In this document: positions 42,475 through 52,066 of the stretch, one piece after another | Layout of the letters: every line of letters begins with the position of its first letter | How positions within the stretch are numbered: position 1 is the stretch's first letter | From: Syntrophales bacterium | Lineage (GTDB): Bacteria; Desulfobacterota; Syntrophia; Syntrophales; UBA2210 | Assembly: GCA_963666365.2 (NCBI GenBank) | Contig: CAXXNF010000002.1 | Span: 960,001-1,024,000, forward strand | DNA length: 64,000 nt | Reading direction: 5' to 3' | Program-made: the position numbers and the translations under genes | Notes under the pieces: generated by a model | The model's input: only the letters and a program-made list of their open reading frames with translations | What the model was told of the DNA's origin: nothing | Databases searched by the model: none

Positions 42475-43635
42475 CTATTCCGATACAAAATCAAGCAACT
42501 GATCAAACAATGCTTTTTGGCCTTTCTCTTCGGGTTTATCAGGGCCACCATCGGGGGCAGGATAATCGCCCCCAGTACCGTTGAGAGCATTAATAAAGAA
42601 CCTAGAATCCGCACAGCTCCCATATACTAAATCCATGTTGTTTAATTGCGTTGTCAATGCCGAGATCGCGTCGGTACCATAATCGATTCCGGTAATCGGC
42701 TTCAAAAATGCGACAGATAAGGAACGTGGTTGTTGATCACCTTTTTCAGCCAGGACATAACTCGCATATGCCCTGCTTCCAAAGCTGTTCTGTTTTCCTT
42801 CCGGCGAAACCTTAACAGCAGTTTCCGTTAATGCACGGATAGCTCTTTGTGCAAGTGCTGTATCTCCATTCAGATTTTCTTCCAATAATTCCCTGTTAAG
42901 GCATACGTAAGCGTAGAAAAGCCCTGCCGCAAATCCTGTTTCACCTATATGTGCGGCACCTGCATCCTCACTACCATCGTTGAGATCATCAACTGCGGTA
43001 AAATAATCATCTTCAATTACCACTGGATGAACACTGATAGAATGAGCTACCTGACAGGCAGCCTCAACATTATAGGCCGGAGCGGACGCAAGCATTCGTC
43101 CAAAAAGTGCAATATCAACTGCATGCATCTTCTTTCGTAACAGATTCAAGTCTTCTTCCTTCGGCCCTTCTTTTCTTGCTGCGATTGCATCGACAAGCAC
43201 AAAGATATCTTTTTCCTCTTCCGTATCAAAGAATGCCAATTGTTCTATTTCAAGTTCAACCTTTTCTTTTTTGATACGATCTTCCTGACTTAAATCTTTC
43301 AGCCCTTCTTTTTCTTTTTTTGAAAGTTCTTTGAGTTTCCCAAAAACACCCGCGATGGGTTTAGTCCACTCGATAGCATTTTTATGTTCAACACCCTTCT
43401 CTTGCAACTTTTCGTAAATCCTTACCCCCATCTCTTTCGTGCGTGTACCGATATGTCCCGCCATCGCTTTCTCGAAAATGTCAGATGTCCGCCATGATCG
43501 CTTATGTGTTTGAGAAGAAGCTCGTAGGCGATCGACTCCTCCCATCTTTGCGGTTTTGGGGCGACCGAGGTCATCCCGATTAAGATTTGCGGGTGGATAA
43601 GATGTCAGCATGTGAAATTGTACAAAACGACCCAT
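42475..43635 (-). CDS. cas7e: type I-E Cas7 (Cse4)
   Basis: NLNRDDLGRPK, DIALFGRM and DYFTAVDD. Confidence 0.96.
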   Translation of the reverse strand: MGRFVQFHMLTSYPPANLNRDDLGRPKTAKMGGVDRLRASSQTHKRSWRTSDIFEKAMAGHIGTRTKEMGVRIYEKLQEKGVEHKNAIEWTKPIAGVFGKLKELSKKEKEGLKDLSQEDRIKKEKVELEIEQLAFFDTEEEKDIFVLVDAIAARKEGPKEEDLNLLRKKMHAVDIALFGRMLASAPAYNVEAACQVAHSISVHPVVIEDDYFTAVDDLNDGSEDAGAAHIGETGFAAGLFYAYVCLNRELLEENLNGDTALAQRAIRALTETAVKVSPEGKQNSFGSRAYASYVLAEKGDQQPRSLSVAFLKPITGIDYGTDAISALTTQLNNMDLVYGSCADSRFFINALNGTGGDYPAPDGGPDKPEEKGQKALFDQLLDFVSE

Positions 43636-43654
43636 GTTTTTATACCTCCTTATA

Positions 43655-44194
43655 TCAGGAATTGTTTTTCAATGCCTGTTCGTAATATTCGGTACCCCAG
43701 CGCACAGCAAGTCGCTTCTGTGGTTCCCGGTTAGTGCCGAATCTATATTCTTCCATCCAGTGCAATATACTTTCGGCTAATGAAATAATATTGAGTCTAC
43801 ACTCGGCCAGTCTGATGGTACGTAACAGCCGCCTGAAGAACTCCTCAGGATCACGGCTTTTTTGCAGTTGTTGAAAGCGAAGTTCACTCACGCGGGCTTT
43901 TTTGCCATTCTGCTTGGGGAATGCAAGCTGAGTGGCGAATGATTCGCCACCTTCCTGTTCCTTCACATGTGACGCCGCTGCAGCGATCATGGCCGACGAA
44001 ATGAGTCTTTCGGAATCAGACCATTCGCTTGGCATTTGTTGAAGAAATCGAAAAAAAGCTGCTGTCAGCAGGACATCGTCCGGCCTTTCTGCTCTTCTCA
44101 AGCGGGCACGATCTCCTCGGTTCTTGTCAAGTGACTCCCACCAGTTCAACAATGTATGACACACTTCTGGTTCTTTCAAAAATCGATATCGCAT
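43655..44194 (-). CDS. cse2: type I-E Cas11 (Cse2)
   Basis: WW..L....GDRARLRRA, SELRFQQL and W...YY. Confidence 0.9.
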   Translation of the reverse strand: MRYRFLKEPEVCHTLLNWWESLDKNRGDRARLRRAERPDDVLLTAAFFRFLQQMPSEWSDSERLISSAMIAAAASHVKEQEGGESFATQLAFPKQNGKKARVSELRFQQLQKSRDPEEFFRRLLRTIRLAECRLNIISLAESILHWMEEYRFGTNREPQKRLAVRWGTEYYEQALKNNS

Positions 44195-44214
44195 TTTCTG
44201 TAACCCTCCTTTCG

Positions 44215-45873
44215 CTATATTGTGTCGATAAGTTTATTCAACTCGGCAAGAAGTCCTTTGGCAGGCCATAATTCATTAAATAAATATTTCTTGGCAGAAA
44301 CAGCACGTTTGATACTTCGTTCTTCTGCTGAGAAAGAAAAAGCTTCTGATTCGAAAGTTTTTATTGAGTATCTTCTTATATCTTCAATCCATCTTTTATA
44401 AATGGGCAACGGACGATCTCGAGAATCAGCCATTTTCATCACATCTGACAGCATATGAAAAAAAGAAGGTTCTGTATCTTTCCAGAAATTCTCTTCGATA
44501 AAATGCAGTGTACTTAGATGCTGCGGTATTGATTTGCCGCTATTGTTCACGGTATCTCCTTTTTTGTTAACTACATGAGACCAGGTATCATTACCTGTTC
44601 TGCTCTTCCTGGGATTAAACCATGACCTGATAAGTGCTTGTTTAAGCACAAGAATATGGTACTTTGCCGCTTCGATCAATTCATTCACCCAAGCACGAAT
44701 ACTTTCTGTCCTTGCAGCATCAGTGCATAAAATGGGGAATCTTGCCTCGTACCACCTGACAACTTGGGCGCTATCGGCATCATAGGCAAAGCACCAAAGC
44801 CTTCCGCTATCCCCTATATCTCTGTTTCTTTCCGCTTGAAACACTGAGACAATTTGAGCACAAGCACATTCTTTATCATCAATATATCCATTTATTGTCA
44901 GTGATGACCAGTCTCTATAGTCAAAGGAAATTTTTGATCCAGTTACAGCTTGAGGAAAGCTTTCTTTATTGTGACGAATATAGGGTGTAAGTGGATGCTT
45001 CCAGCCATCTTTGTAAAAAACCCCATCTTTGATTCGTTTATAATATCGAACGACACGGTCTATTTTATCGCCGCATATGTCACAGATGGTTTCAACATCC
45101 TCTACAAAAAGCCGAATCCTTCTTGGCATTGGCCAGTAAACCTGAAGTGGATGACCATGCTCAGGTAACGTTGCTTTTTTATTATGGCTTTTTCTGGTTG
45201 TCGTTAACCATGGGAAAATAAACTCTTTGTTTTTTTTGTTTATATTTACAGGAACTGAAACCAATTGTTCTTCCGTTAAAACATTAAGCCAAATCTTTTT
45301 CCATATTACAGTGTGATCATTGGTCGGCATTACAATAGTGGTAACCGGTCCATTGCCGCGCATTCCAATACGATGCTGCCCCCAAGCTAGTATACCCGTT
45401 ATCTGAAGATTGAAAAGAGCAATTGCTGCCCAGTAAGGTGAAATTTGTTTAATATAATCCCTCTTTATGAATAAATCCCGATTGTTATGGCGAGTATTGT
45501 CGCTTAGGGCACCTCCTATAAGATCTTCGATTGGCAGATCTTCGCCCTCGAAGTCCTCGTAGTCCTGCATGAAATTTGGTCCAACTGGATCATCGATATT
45601 GTAAGCCAATGCCATATTCATAAACTTTTCATGCAATAGTTCTTCCTTTGGTAGTTTTTTCCAGTACTCCAGCCATTCATCGTGATCAACCGGCGCGAAG
45701 CATGTTTGAAGCAATCCGATCAGGAACTGATAGAGCGCACCCTGAAAGTCGGGGCGTGGAGCATTTAGTTCGATAATAGGATCGCTTTTTTCGGCTATCT
45801 GCCAGGGTGCAACTTTTTCCAATTTGCTGCTGGCCCGGATTACCGGCAGCCATTTATCAGTAATAAGATTCAT
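44215..45873 (-). CDS. cse1: type I-E Cas8e (Cse1), divergent
   Basis: MNLI.D.WLPV, PRPDF.GA.YQFLIGLLQT, WPMPRRIRL, CDICG and W.HPLTPY, in the expected operon position. Confidence 0.9.
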   Translation of the reverse strand: MNLITDKWLPVIRASSKLEKVAPWQIAEKSDPIIELNAPRPDFQGALYQFLIGLLQTCFAPVDHDEWLEYWKKLPKEELLHEKFMNMALAYNIDDPVGPNFMQDYEDFEGEDLPIEDLIGGALSDNTRHNNRDLFIKRDYIKQISPYWAAIALFNLQITGILAWGQHRIGMRGNGPVTTIVMPTNDHTVIWKKIWLNVLTEEQLVSVPVNINKKNKEFIFPWLTTTRKSHNKKATLPEHGHPLQVYWPMPRRIRLFVEDVETICDICGDKIDRVVRYYKRIKDGVFYKDGWKHPLTPYIRHNKESFPQAVTGSKISFDYRDWSSLTINGYIDDKECACAQIVSVFQAERNRDIGDSGRLWCFAYDADSAQVVRWYEARFPILCTDAARTESIRAWVNELIEAAKYHILVLKQALIRSWFNPRKSRTGNDTWSHVVNKKGDTVNNSGKSIPQHLSTLHFIEENFWKDTEPSFFHMLSDVMKMADSRDRPLPIYKRWIEDIRRYSIKTFESEAFSFSAEERSIKRAVSAKKYLFNELWPAKGLLAELNKLIDTI

Positions 45874-48592
45874 CCTTTTCCTCCTTGTGTAATCCCCATC
45901 CCATATGCGGATCGTAGTAAGGGGCAATATCATCTATCACGGGCAACAACTCTACCCATTTCAACAATTTGATTTCTTCCTTTAACTGATCAATTTTTTT
46001 AGCGTAATCAGGGGGAATTTTGTTCTCAACCTTTTTCCACTCGCTCCTTGGCAAGTCGATCATGCTCAGTTCCCATCCAAACTCTTTTACATCAGCGTAT
46101 GGTTTCAACCCCTCACCATCAATGCTGACAAGTGCGACAGTAACGGTATCAATACCGAGGCGGGTCGGAATTCGTGTTTCTTTGTCCCAACCGCCGCTGT
46201 CCTCAGCGCTTGAACGGGTATATCCCTTCTCCAGCTTGAGCGCATTGAGCCGTGCCATTCCTCGCCGGCTTCCAGCCTCTCCTTCTGCATTCCAGGAAAA
46301 ACCAAGCAGTGAATCGGGTATTAACTCCTGCCCCTTTTCACCATACACTCCTTCGATCAGCATCCTGGCATCACCAGGAATACTGATCTTTCCGGATTTG
46401 CAAATCTGTTGCTGGGTAAGCCATAACTGTCCCACATGTTTGTAAACGGCCTGAGTCCCCGGCAGTTTTGATTTCAGCCAATCTTCAGCAGGCGTTTTCT
46501 TTGGCATCGGTCCAAACACATGCAAACATGTTTTTCCACGCTGCTCGATATCCCCTTTTCCTTTTAGGGGATTACCAATTGAATCCCGTATATGCCTTTG
46601 TAACCGTCCGGCTCTTTGGATTAGTAAGTCTATGGGTGCCAGGTCTGTAATCATTACATCAAAATCGAGATCGAGTGACTGTTCCACAACCTGAGTGGCG
46701 ATAAGTACTCGCCCGCTTCTTTTTTCTGCAGTTGAATCCTTGTCGAATAGGTTCAGCGTTTCAGCCTCTATCCTTCGTCTATCCGCCATTGCAAATCGGC
46801 TGTGAAAAAGCATTAGCTTAGTTTTATCCATCCATTCCTGGTTCATAAGCATATTATAGGCGGTACGGGCATCTTTAACCGTGTTCCGCACCCAACATGC
46901 ACACTGCCCTCTTTCGATAGTTTTCCGGATAACATTCAGAATATCATTAAAATCCTCTACGAAAGTAACTCGGAATGTTCGCTCAACTTCTTGGCGTGTT
47001 GCCAATGTAGTTTCCGATTGATCAGAGACTAGAATATGGGTTGCGAGGGGGTAGCCAGGTGTTTCATCCAGTATCGGCATTTCAATATCTATACCCTCAC
47101 AAAATGAGCGAACATAATTCTCACGCATATGGCGAGGCAACGTTGCGGAAAGGAGGATTACGCTGCCTCCCTGTCTTGCATGGGCTTTAATAAGTGTTTG
47201 CAACAACTGGTTCATGTAAGGATCATATGAATGGACTTCGTCAACAATAAGGATCTTATTTGCCAGTCCCAGAAACCGTAGAGACTGGTGCCTAGCAGGC
47301 AGAACAGCCAATAAGGCCTGATCTAATGTCCCAACACCGATTTCAGCCAATAACGCCTTCTTGCGGCTGTCTGCAAGCCACGCACTGCAGTATGATTCTG
47401 TGGGTTCCTCGTTATCTTCATAACGTTGCTTTGTAGGTACTTCCTCTGGTAATCCGACAGACTTGCGAAAGCCTTCATATAAATGACGTGCCCCATGTGC
47501 CAAAACCAGCGAAGGTTGAACACTATCTTTGAATAGCTTTCGATAAGCCTTTCCCAATCTCTCGTACATGGAATTTGCCGTTGCCATTGAGGGAAGGGCC
47601 ATATAAATTCCATCAGCCAGACCACTTTCCATAAGACGGTGCGCAAGAACCATTGCAGCTTCGGTTTTGCCTGCGCCTGTAACATCTTCCAGTATGAATA
47701 TTTGATTGCTTTGTCCAAGCTTCTGTTTTTCGGCCCAATCCTGAAGTGGCGTAAGTGATTTGATGAACGGAAACAAATTGTTTGTACCTGCAAAAGGTGA
47801 CACGAGTGAATGAGAAAAATCAGCTTTCGCGATAACCTGTTCGGCAAAAGGTAACGCACGGTCGTACCAATACTCATTTAACAATATTTCATGTTGACAA
47901 TACGATTCGGATTTACGTCCCGACCCAAGCCAATCTGCCAGCACTACGATACCAGCCAATATCCACGAAGTGAGCTTAAAACGGTTTTTGAGATCTTTGT
48001 CGACAAGAATTGATTTGTCAAAATCCCTGAGAAAAAGAACTGTAACATCCTTTAGAAAATTGCAGGCTGCGTGTTCGTCATCAATAGTAAAAAAATTCTG
48101 GCGACGGATTGATACTCTCTTAGGCGGTTCTCCATGATGCCCTGTGACAACCTCCACCCATGGGTCAATGTTACGACGCAACCTTGCCAAATCTGATTGT
48201 TTATCCTGCAAGTTAAACTCGTTATCCTGAAGCCAGTTATCACTCATTACATCCTGCCAGAGAACAAATCCCAAGGAGTCGTGACGCTCAGAATATGGCA
48301 TTCTTGCGTTTGGTGGTACAAGAAGCCGTGACAGATCAGGAACCAAGCTTTGAAATGCCGTGGCAAACTTGCCAATATCATGAAGACAGAGACAAAAAAC
48401 AAACCACTCACGAAGCCAAGAATTTGAGACTTTTAGTTGTTTTGCAATGCGTTCGCACAGCGGCTTTTCAGGTGCTAGCAACAGCCAGCCCACAGCTGCC
48501 ACATCTAAGCAATGATAAGGCAATAGATGATAGAGAGAACCATCCTTTTCGACCTTTCCCCAGTATCTATAGTATAGTGCCTTTTCGCTCAT
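45857..48592 (-). CDS. cas3: Cas3 HD nuclease-helicase
   Basis: H.LDV, HDIGK, GHHG, LADW, TGAGKTE, DEVH, SAT and QRAGRLQRH, all intact. Confidence 0.96.
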   Translation of the reverse strand: MSEKALYYRYWGKVEKDGSLYHLLPYHCLDVAAVGWLLLAPEKPLCERIAKQLKVSNSWLREWFVFCLCLHDIGKFATAFQSLVPDLSRLLVPPNARMPYSERHDSLGFVLWQDVMSDNWLQDNEFNLQDKQSDLARLRRNIDPWVEVVTGHHGEPPKRVSIRRQNFFTIDDEHAACNFLKDVTVLFLRDFDKSILVDKDLKNRFKLTSWILAGIVVLADWLGSGRKSESYCQHEILLNEYWYDRALPFAEQVIAKADFSHSLVSPFAGTNNLFPFIKSLTPLQDWAEKQKLGQSNQIFILEDVTGAGKTEAAMVLAHRLMESGLADGIYMALPSMATANSMYERLGKAYRKLFKDSVQPSLVLAHGARHLYEGFRKSVGLPEEVPTKQRYEDNEEPTESYCSAWLADSRKKALLAEIGVGTLDQALLAVLPARHQSLRFLGLANKILIVDEVHSYDPYMNQLLQTLIKAHARQGGSVILLSATLPRHMRENYVRSFCEGIDIEMPILDETPGYPLATHILVSDQSETTLATRQEVERTFRVTFVEDFNDILNVIRKTIERGQCACWVRNTVKDARTAYNMLMNQEWMDKTKLMLFHSRFAMADRRRIEAETLNLFDKDSTAEKRSGRVLIATQVVEQSLDLDFDVMITDLAPIDLLIQRAGRLQRHIRDSIGNPLKGKGDIEQRGKTCLHVFGPMPKKTPAEDWLKSKLPGTQAVYKHVGQLWLTQQQICKSGKISIPGDARMLIEGVYGEKGQELIPDSLLGFSWNAEGEAGSRRGMARLNALKLEKGYTRSSAEDSGGWDKETRIPTRLGIDTVTVALVSIDGEGLKPYADVKEFGWELSMIDLPRSEWKKVENKIPPDYAKKIDQLKEEIKLLKWVELLPVIDDIAPYYDPHMGWGLHKEEKDESYY

Positions 48593-49149
48593 CTACCATT
48601 CTCCATCGCCTGCCAGATGGCAGCCGCCATTCTTGCATCATCAAGTACCCGATGTTCTTGTATTTGTGATTCCGTTCGACTTTCGTCCCCCGAGATACCT
48701 TCGCTCATTTTGAAAAGATGGTGGTATATCGTTCCGAGCTTATGATTGGGCAAATCGGGAAAATACCGGCGGCTTAATTCCAAGGTGCAGATATACGTAT
48801 TGTCAAGTACTATGCCCAATCGTCCGAATTCCATTCTCAGAAAGGCCATATCGAACGGTGCGTTGTGCGCTGCCAGTACTTTTCTCCCGATAGTATTTTT
48901 CAATTCAGGGAACACCTCTTCCGGGGCAGGCTGATTTCTCAGCTTTTCACCCGTAATGCCATGCACTTTTGAAGCAGATGCCGATATGCTTCGTGACGGG
49001 TTTACAAGGCTGTGAAAAACATCCCTAATCATTCCGTCTCTCACAATCACAGCGCCAACTTCTATTACACGATGCCCTCTCCTCGGATTCAGGCCCGTGG
49101 TCTCCAGGTCGATAAAAATAAGCTGATTTATGTCTATTTTTTCTTTCAC
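48589..49149 (-). CDS. DEDDh (DnaQ-like) 3'-5' exonuclease
   Basis: DLETTG, HNAPFD and HR..DDA motifs. ATGA overlap with cas3. Confidence 0.9.
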   Translation of the reverse strand: MKEKIDINQLIFIDLETTGLNPRRGHRVIEVGAVIVRDGMIRDVFHSLVNPSRSISASASKVHGITGEKLRNQPAPEEVFPELKNTIGRKVLAAHNAPFDMAFLRMEFGRLGIVLDNTYICTLELSRRYFPDLPNHKLGTIYHHLFKMSEGISGDESRTESQIQEHRVLDDARMAAAIWQAMENGR

Positions 49150-49156
49150 GCGATCA

Positions 49157-49190
49157 AATTTACCACAACAGAGAGGACATATGATGTCCC
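49157..49190 (-). promoter_or_regulatory. candidate operator and extended -10 of the cas operon
   Basis: GGACAT-N3-ATGTCC palindrome at 49175-49189, then TGgTAAATT ending 7 nt before the GTG start. Confidence 0.5.
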
Positions 49191-49215
49191 AGTAAAGTTA
49201 TTTTTTTGGCCGTGT

Positions 49216-49256
49216 CTCACCCCCACCCTAACCCTCCCCCATCAAGGGAGAGGGAA
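49216..49256. repeat. REP-like palindromic element
   Basis: ctcacccccaccctaaccctcccccatcaagggagaggga. Related degenerate elements at about 33890-33922 and about 49705-49737. Confidence 0.5.
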
Positions 49257-49269
49257 TAATAATGGATTC

Positions 49270-49474
49270 CGCTTCTCTGGTAGTGATGCCCGCTTTTCCC
49301 TCTATGGTATTCGAGCGGTGCGTCCGGGCGAGCGCGCATGACTTCTGTGCCGCGCGGAGCGGTATTGCGTGGAAGCTCACAATGTGCAGCCATCTGGGAG
49401 GTATTGGGGTATCTGCCGGATCTTTTTTGCCGGTCGAACCATAGATAACGCTTGAGAATGGGGTGATGTGCCAC
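49270..49474 (-). pseudogene. truncated, degenerate WYL-domain regulator (N-terminal wHTH only)
   Basis: ILKRYLWFDRQ...GRYPN...A.HCEL...TA.R..E.MR.R..APLEY....SG..Y matches the N-terminus of WYL regulators. No WYL domain follows. Confidence 0.7.
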
Positions 49475-49821
49475 AGCGTTCCCCCTGGAGGCTTCGCCGG
49501 CGCCCCTGTTTCTCGGTATCGGCATCCCCGGCGTGGACGACGGAGGCGGATGGGTACGGGATCGGAAACAACCACTTACTTTTTGCAGGGGTTGCGTTCT
49601 ATTAATGTTGTGATGCGTGAATAGCGGTATTGTATGCTATTTTTGTCAAATCGCAATAGAAATGTTGAATTTTTTGTTCTTATCGGCACAATTCAGGCGT
49701 TTAAATCCCCTTCGGTCCCCTTTTTCAAAGGGGGAAGCTAGCGGTGCAGCCGGTTCAAAGGGAAAAGCTGGCGGGGCAATGTTATAAAAGAGGTGCCATC
49801 ATGAGTGGGACACTTACTCTT

Positions 49822-50904
49822 CTATGCCATTGTATTCCAGTAGGTTTTTTCGGATAACGCACCCCATGAAGCTGTTTTTGCCTGGAACATCCGATAATCT
49901 TCATGAACTTTCAGCGCAAACGGATCCTTTCGGGCTTCCGCCTCGATGACGTTCTTTGACATCTGCTTTAATGTCTTTATCACGTCATCTGGGTATATAA
50001 GCACTTCCACATGATGGTCTTTCACCAATCGTTCCAGTGCCGCACCGCTTTGCGCGTCATATGCGGCAAGGGTTCTTATATTTGTATTGCCGGCTGCGAT
50101 ATCAAGGATTTTTTGAAACTGCATCGGCAAATCATGGTATGCTTTTTTGTTGAAAAACATATCAAGTGTGGGACCGGGTTCCTGCCACCCCGGTGCGTAG
50201 TAGTAGTGTGCAACTTTATAGAGTCCAAGCGCCGCATCATGTACCGGTCCGACAAATTCGGCTGCATCAATAACTCCGTTTTCGAGAGCCGCCAAGATCC
50301 CAGCCGGGGGGACATGCAGAGCGGTAACGCCGACTTCTGAAAGGACCTTTCCCGCCATATTGCCGACCCGCATCTTCAATCCATCGAAATCCTTGATGGA
50401 GGAGATTTTTTTCCGATACCACCCCCCCATCTGAACGCCTGAATTTCCCACAATTCGGGGAACAAGATCGAATCGATCATATAATTCGTTCATCAAAGCC
50501 TGCCCGTTGCCCTCATAAAACCAGGCATTGATGGATTGTGCATTCATGCCGAAGGGAATGGACCCGAACCAGTTAAGGGCCGTCGATTTGTCCGCCCAGA
50601 AATAGGGTGATCCCGTGCCCATCTGGATGGTCCCATTTGATACGGCATCGAACACGCCAGGAGACGGCATCAGTTCCCCGCCACCGTAGAGTGTGATTTC
50701 AAACCTGCCGTCGCTCATTTCTTTTACGTCCCGGCAGAAGTTCTCTATTGCCTCAAACATTATCGGTATCGTGCGTGTCCAGAATGACGCCGCAGTCCAT
50801 TTGACGTTCGGTGATGCAATAACTGCCGGCGCGCTAACGGCAAGTGAGGCGGCAGCGGTTACGACTCCCGTCGCTGCCTGTTTTATGAAGGTCCGTCGTT
50901 TCAT
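49822..50904 (-). CDS. TRAP transporter solute-binding protein (DctP/TakP-like, Tat signal)
   Basis: KRRTFIK Tat motif, QMGGW, GLKMR, IDAAEF.GP..D and YY.PGW.EP. Confidence 0.9.
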   Translation of the reverse strand: MKRRTFIKQAATGVVTAAASLAVSAPAVIASPNVKWTAASFWTRTIPIMFEAIENFCRDVKEMSDGRFEITLYGGGELMPSPGVFDAVSNGTIQMGTGSPYFWADKSTALNWFGSIPFGMNAQSINAWFYEGNGQALMNELYDRFDLVPRIVGNSGVQMGGWYRKKISSIKDFDGLKMRVGNMAGKVLSEVGVTALHVPPAGILAALENGVIDAAEFVGPVHDAALGLYKVAHYYYAPGWQEPGPTLDMFFNKKAYHDLPMQFQKILDIAAGNTNIRTLAAYDAQSGAALERLVKDHHVEVLIYPDDVIKTLKQMSKNVIEAEARKDPFALKVHEDYRMFQAKTASWGALSEKTYWNTMA

Positions 50905-50935
50905 GATGCCTCCTTTTGTGTTACGAGATCTGCAC

Positions 50936-52054
50936 TTATCTCGGACACAGGTATCCCCCCTTGATGCCCTGAGGGCTCAGGACTATCTGCCATACTTGTA
51001 TCTGCCGGCTGCGGAAGGCGCCGGCGCAGGACAGCAGGTAGTATTTCCACATACGGTAGAATCGCTCGTCATAGTTTGTTTTCAGGTGGTCCCATGCATT
51101 GTTGAAGTTTTCGAACCAGCACATGAGGGTTGTGTCATAGTCGGCGCCGAAGTTGTGCCAGTCTTCCATGATGAAGTGATCTTCACCGGCCTCCAGGAGC
51201 TGTTTCCCTGAAGGGAGCATGGAATTGGGGAAGATGTAGCGCTCGATCCAGGGATCGACGTTTACCTTGGATTTGTTGCTGCCGATGGTGTGCAGCACGA
51301 ATATGCCGTCGTCGGCAAGGTGTTCGCGGGCCACTTTAAAATACACGGGATAGTTTTTCACTCCCACGTGTTCGATCATTCCCACGGACACGATACGGTC
51401 GAATGTCCCTTTAACATCCCGATAATCCTGAAGAAGTATTTCTATCGGAAGCCCACGGCATTCTTCTTTCGCCAGCTCCGCCTGCTCCTGTGAAACCGTC
51501 ACGCCGATCACCTCGACGCCGTAGCGCTCTGCTGCGTATTTTGCGGTCCCGCCCCAGCCGCATCCGATGTCCAGAAGCCGCATGCCCGGTTTGAGATCCA
51601 GTTTTTTACAGAGCAGTTCCAGCTTGTCTTCCTGCGCCTTGTGTAACGTATCAGCGTTTTTCCAGTAGCCGCAACTGTAGATCATTCTGTCGTCGAGCAT
51701 ACGCCTGTACAGGTCGTTGCCGATATCGTAGTGATGACGGCCGATTTCAAAAGCGCGGGCCTTGCTTCCCTGGTTGAGCAGCCTCGCCTTTACTACCTTG
51801 AGCGAGTCGTTGAAGGTCAGAACTTTGGCATCGAGTTTATGTGAAAGCACCCGGCAGAAGAACTCGTCCAGCGCCGGGCAATCCCACCAGCCGTCCATGT
51901 AGGATTCTCCCAGTCCGAGAGATCCTTTTGAAAGGACTCTATTGTAAAATTCCTCGCGGTGAACCTGAATGTCCCATGGGCGATTGCCGTCGATGGCAAT
52001 ATCGGCGGCGATCAGCAATTTTTGAGCAATGCTTCGATATTGATTCGGTTTCAT
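50936..52054 (-). CDS. cfa: cyclopropane fatty acyl phospholipid synthase
   Basis: LGLGESYMDGWW, HYDIGN, LDIGCGWG, YIFP and YLLSCAGAFRSR. Confidence 0.93.
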   Translation of the reverse strand: MKPNQYRSIAQKLLIAADIAIDGNRPWDIQVHREEFYNRVLSKGSLGLGESYMDGWWDCPALDEFFCRVLSHKLDAKVLTFNDSLKVVKARLLNQGSKARAFEIGRHHYDIGNDLYRRMLDDRMIYSCGYWKNADTLHKAQEDKLELLCKKLDLKPGMRLLDIGCGWGGTAKYAAERYGVEVIGVTVSQEQAELAKEECRGLPIEILLQDYRDVKGTFDRIVSVGMIEHVGVKNYPVYFKVAREHLADDGIFVLHTIGSNKSKVNVDPWIERYIFPNSMLPSGKQLLEAGEDHFIMEDWHNFGADYDTTLMCWFENFNNAWDHLKTNYDERFYRMWKYYLLSCAGAFRSRQIQVWQIVLSPQGIKGGYLCPR

Positions 52055-52066
52055 CTCTGCTCCTCA

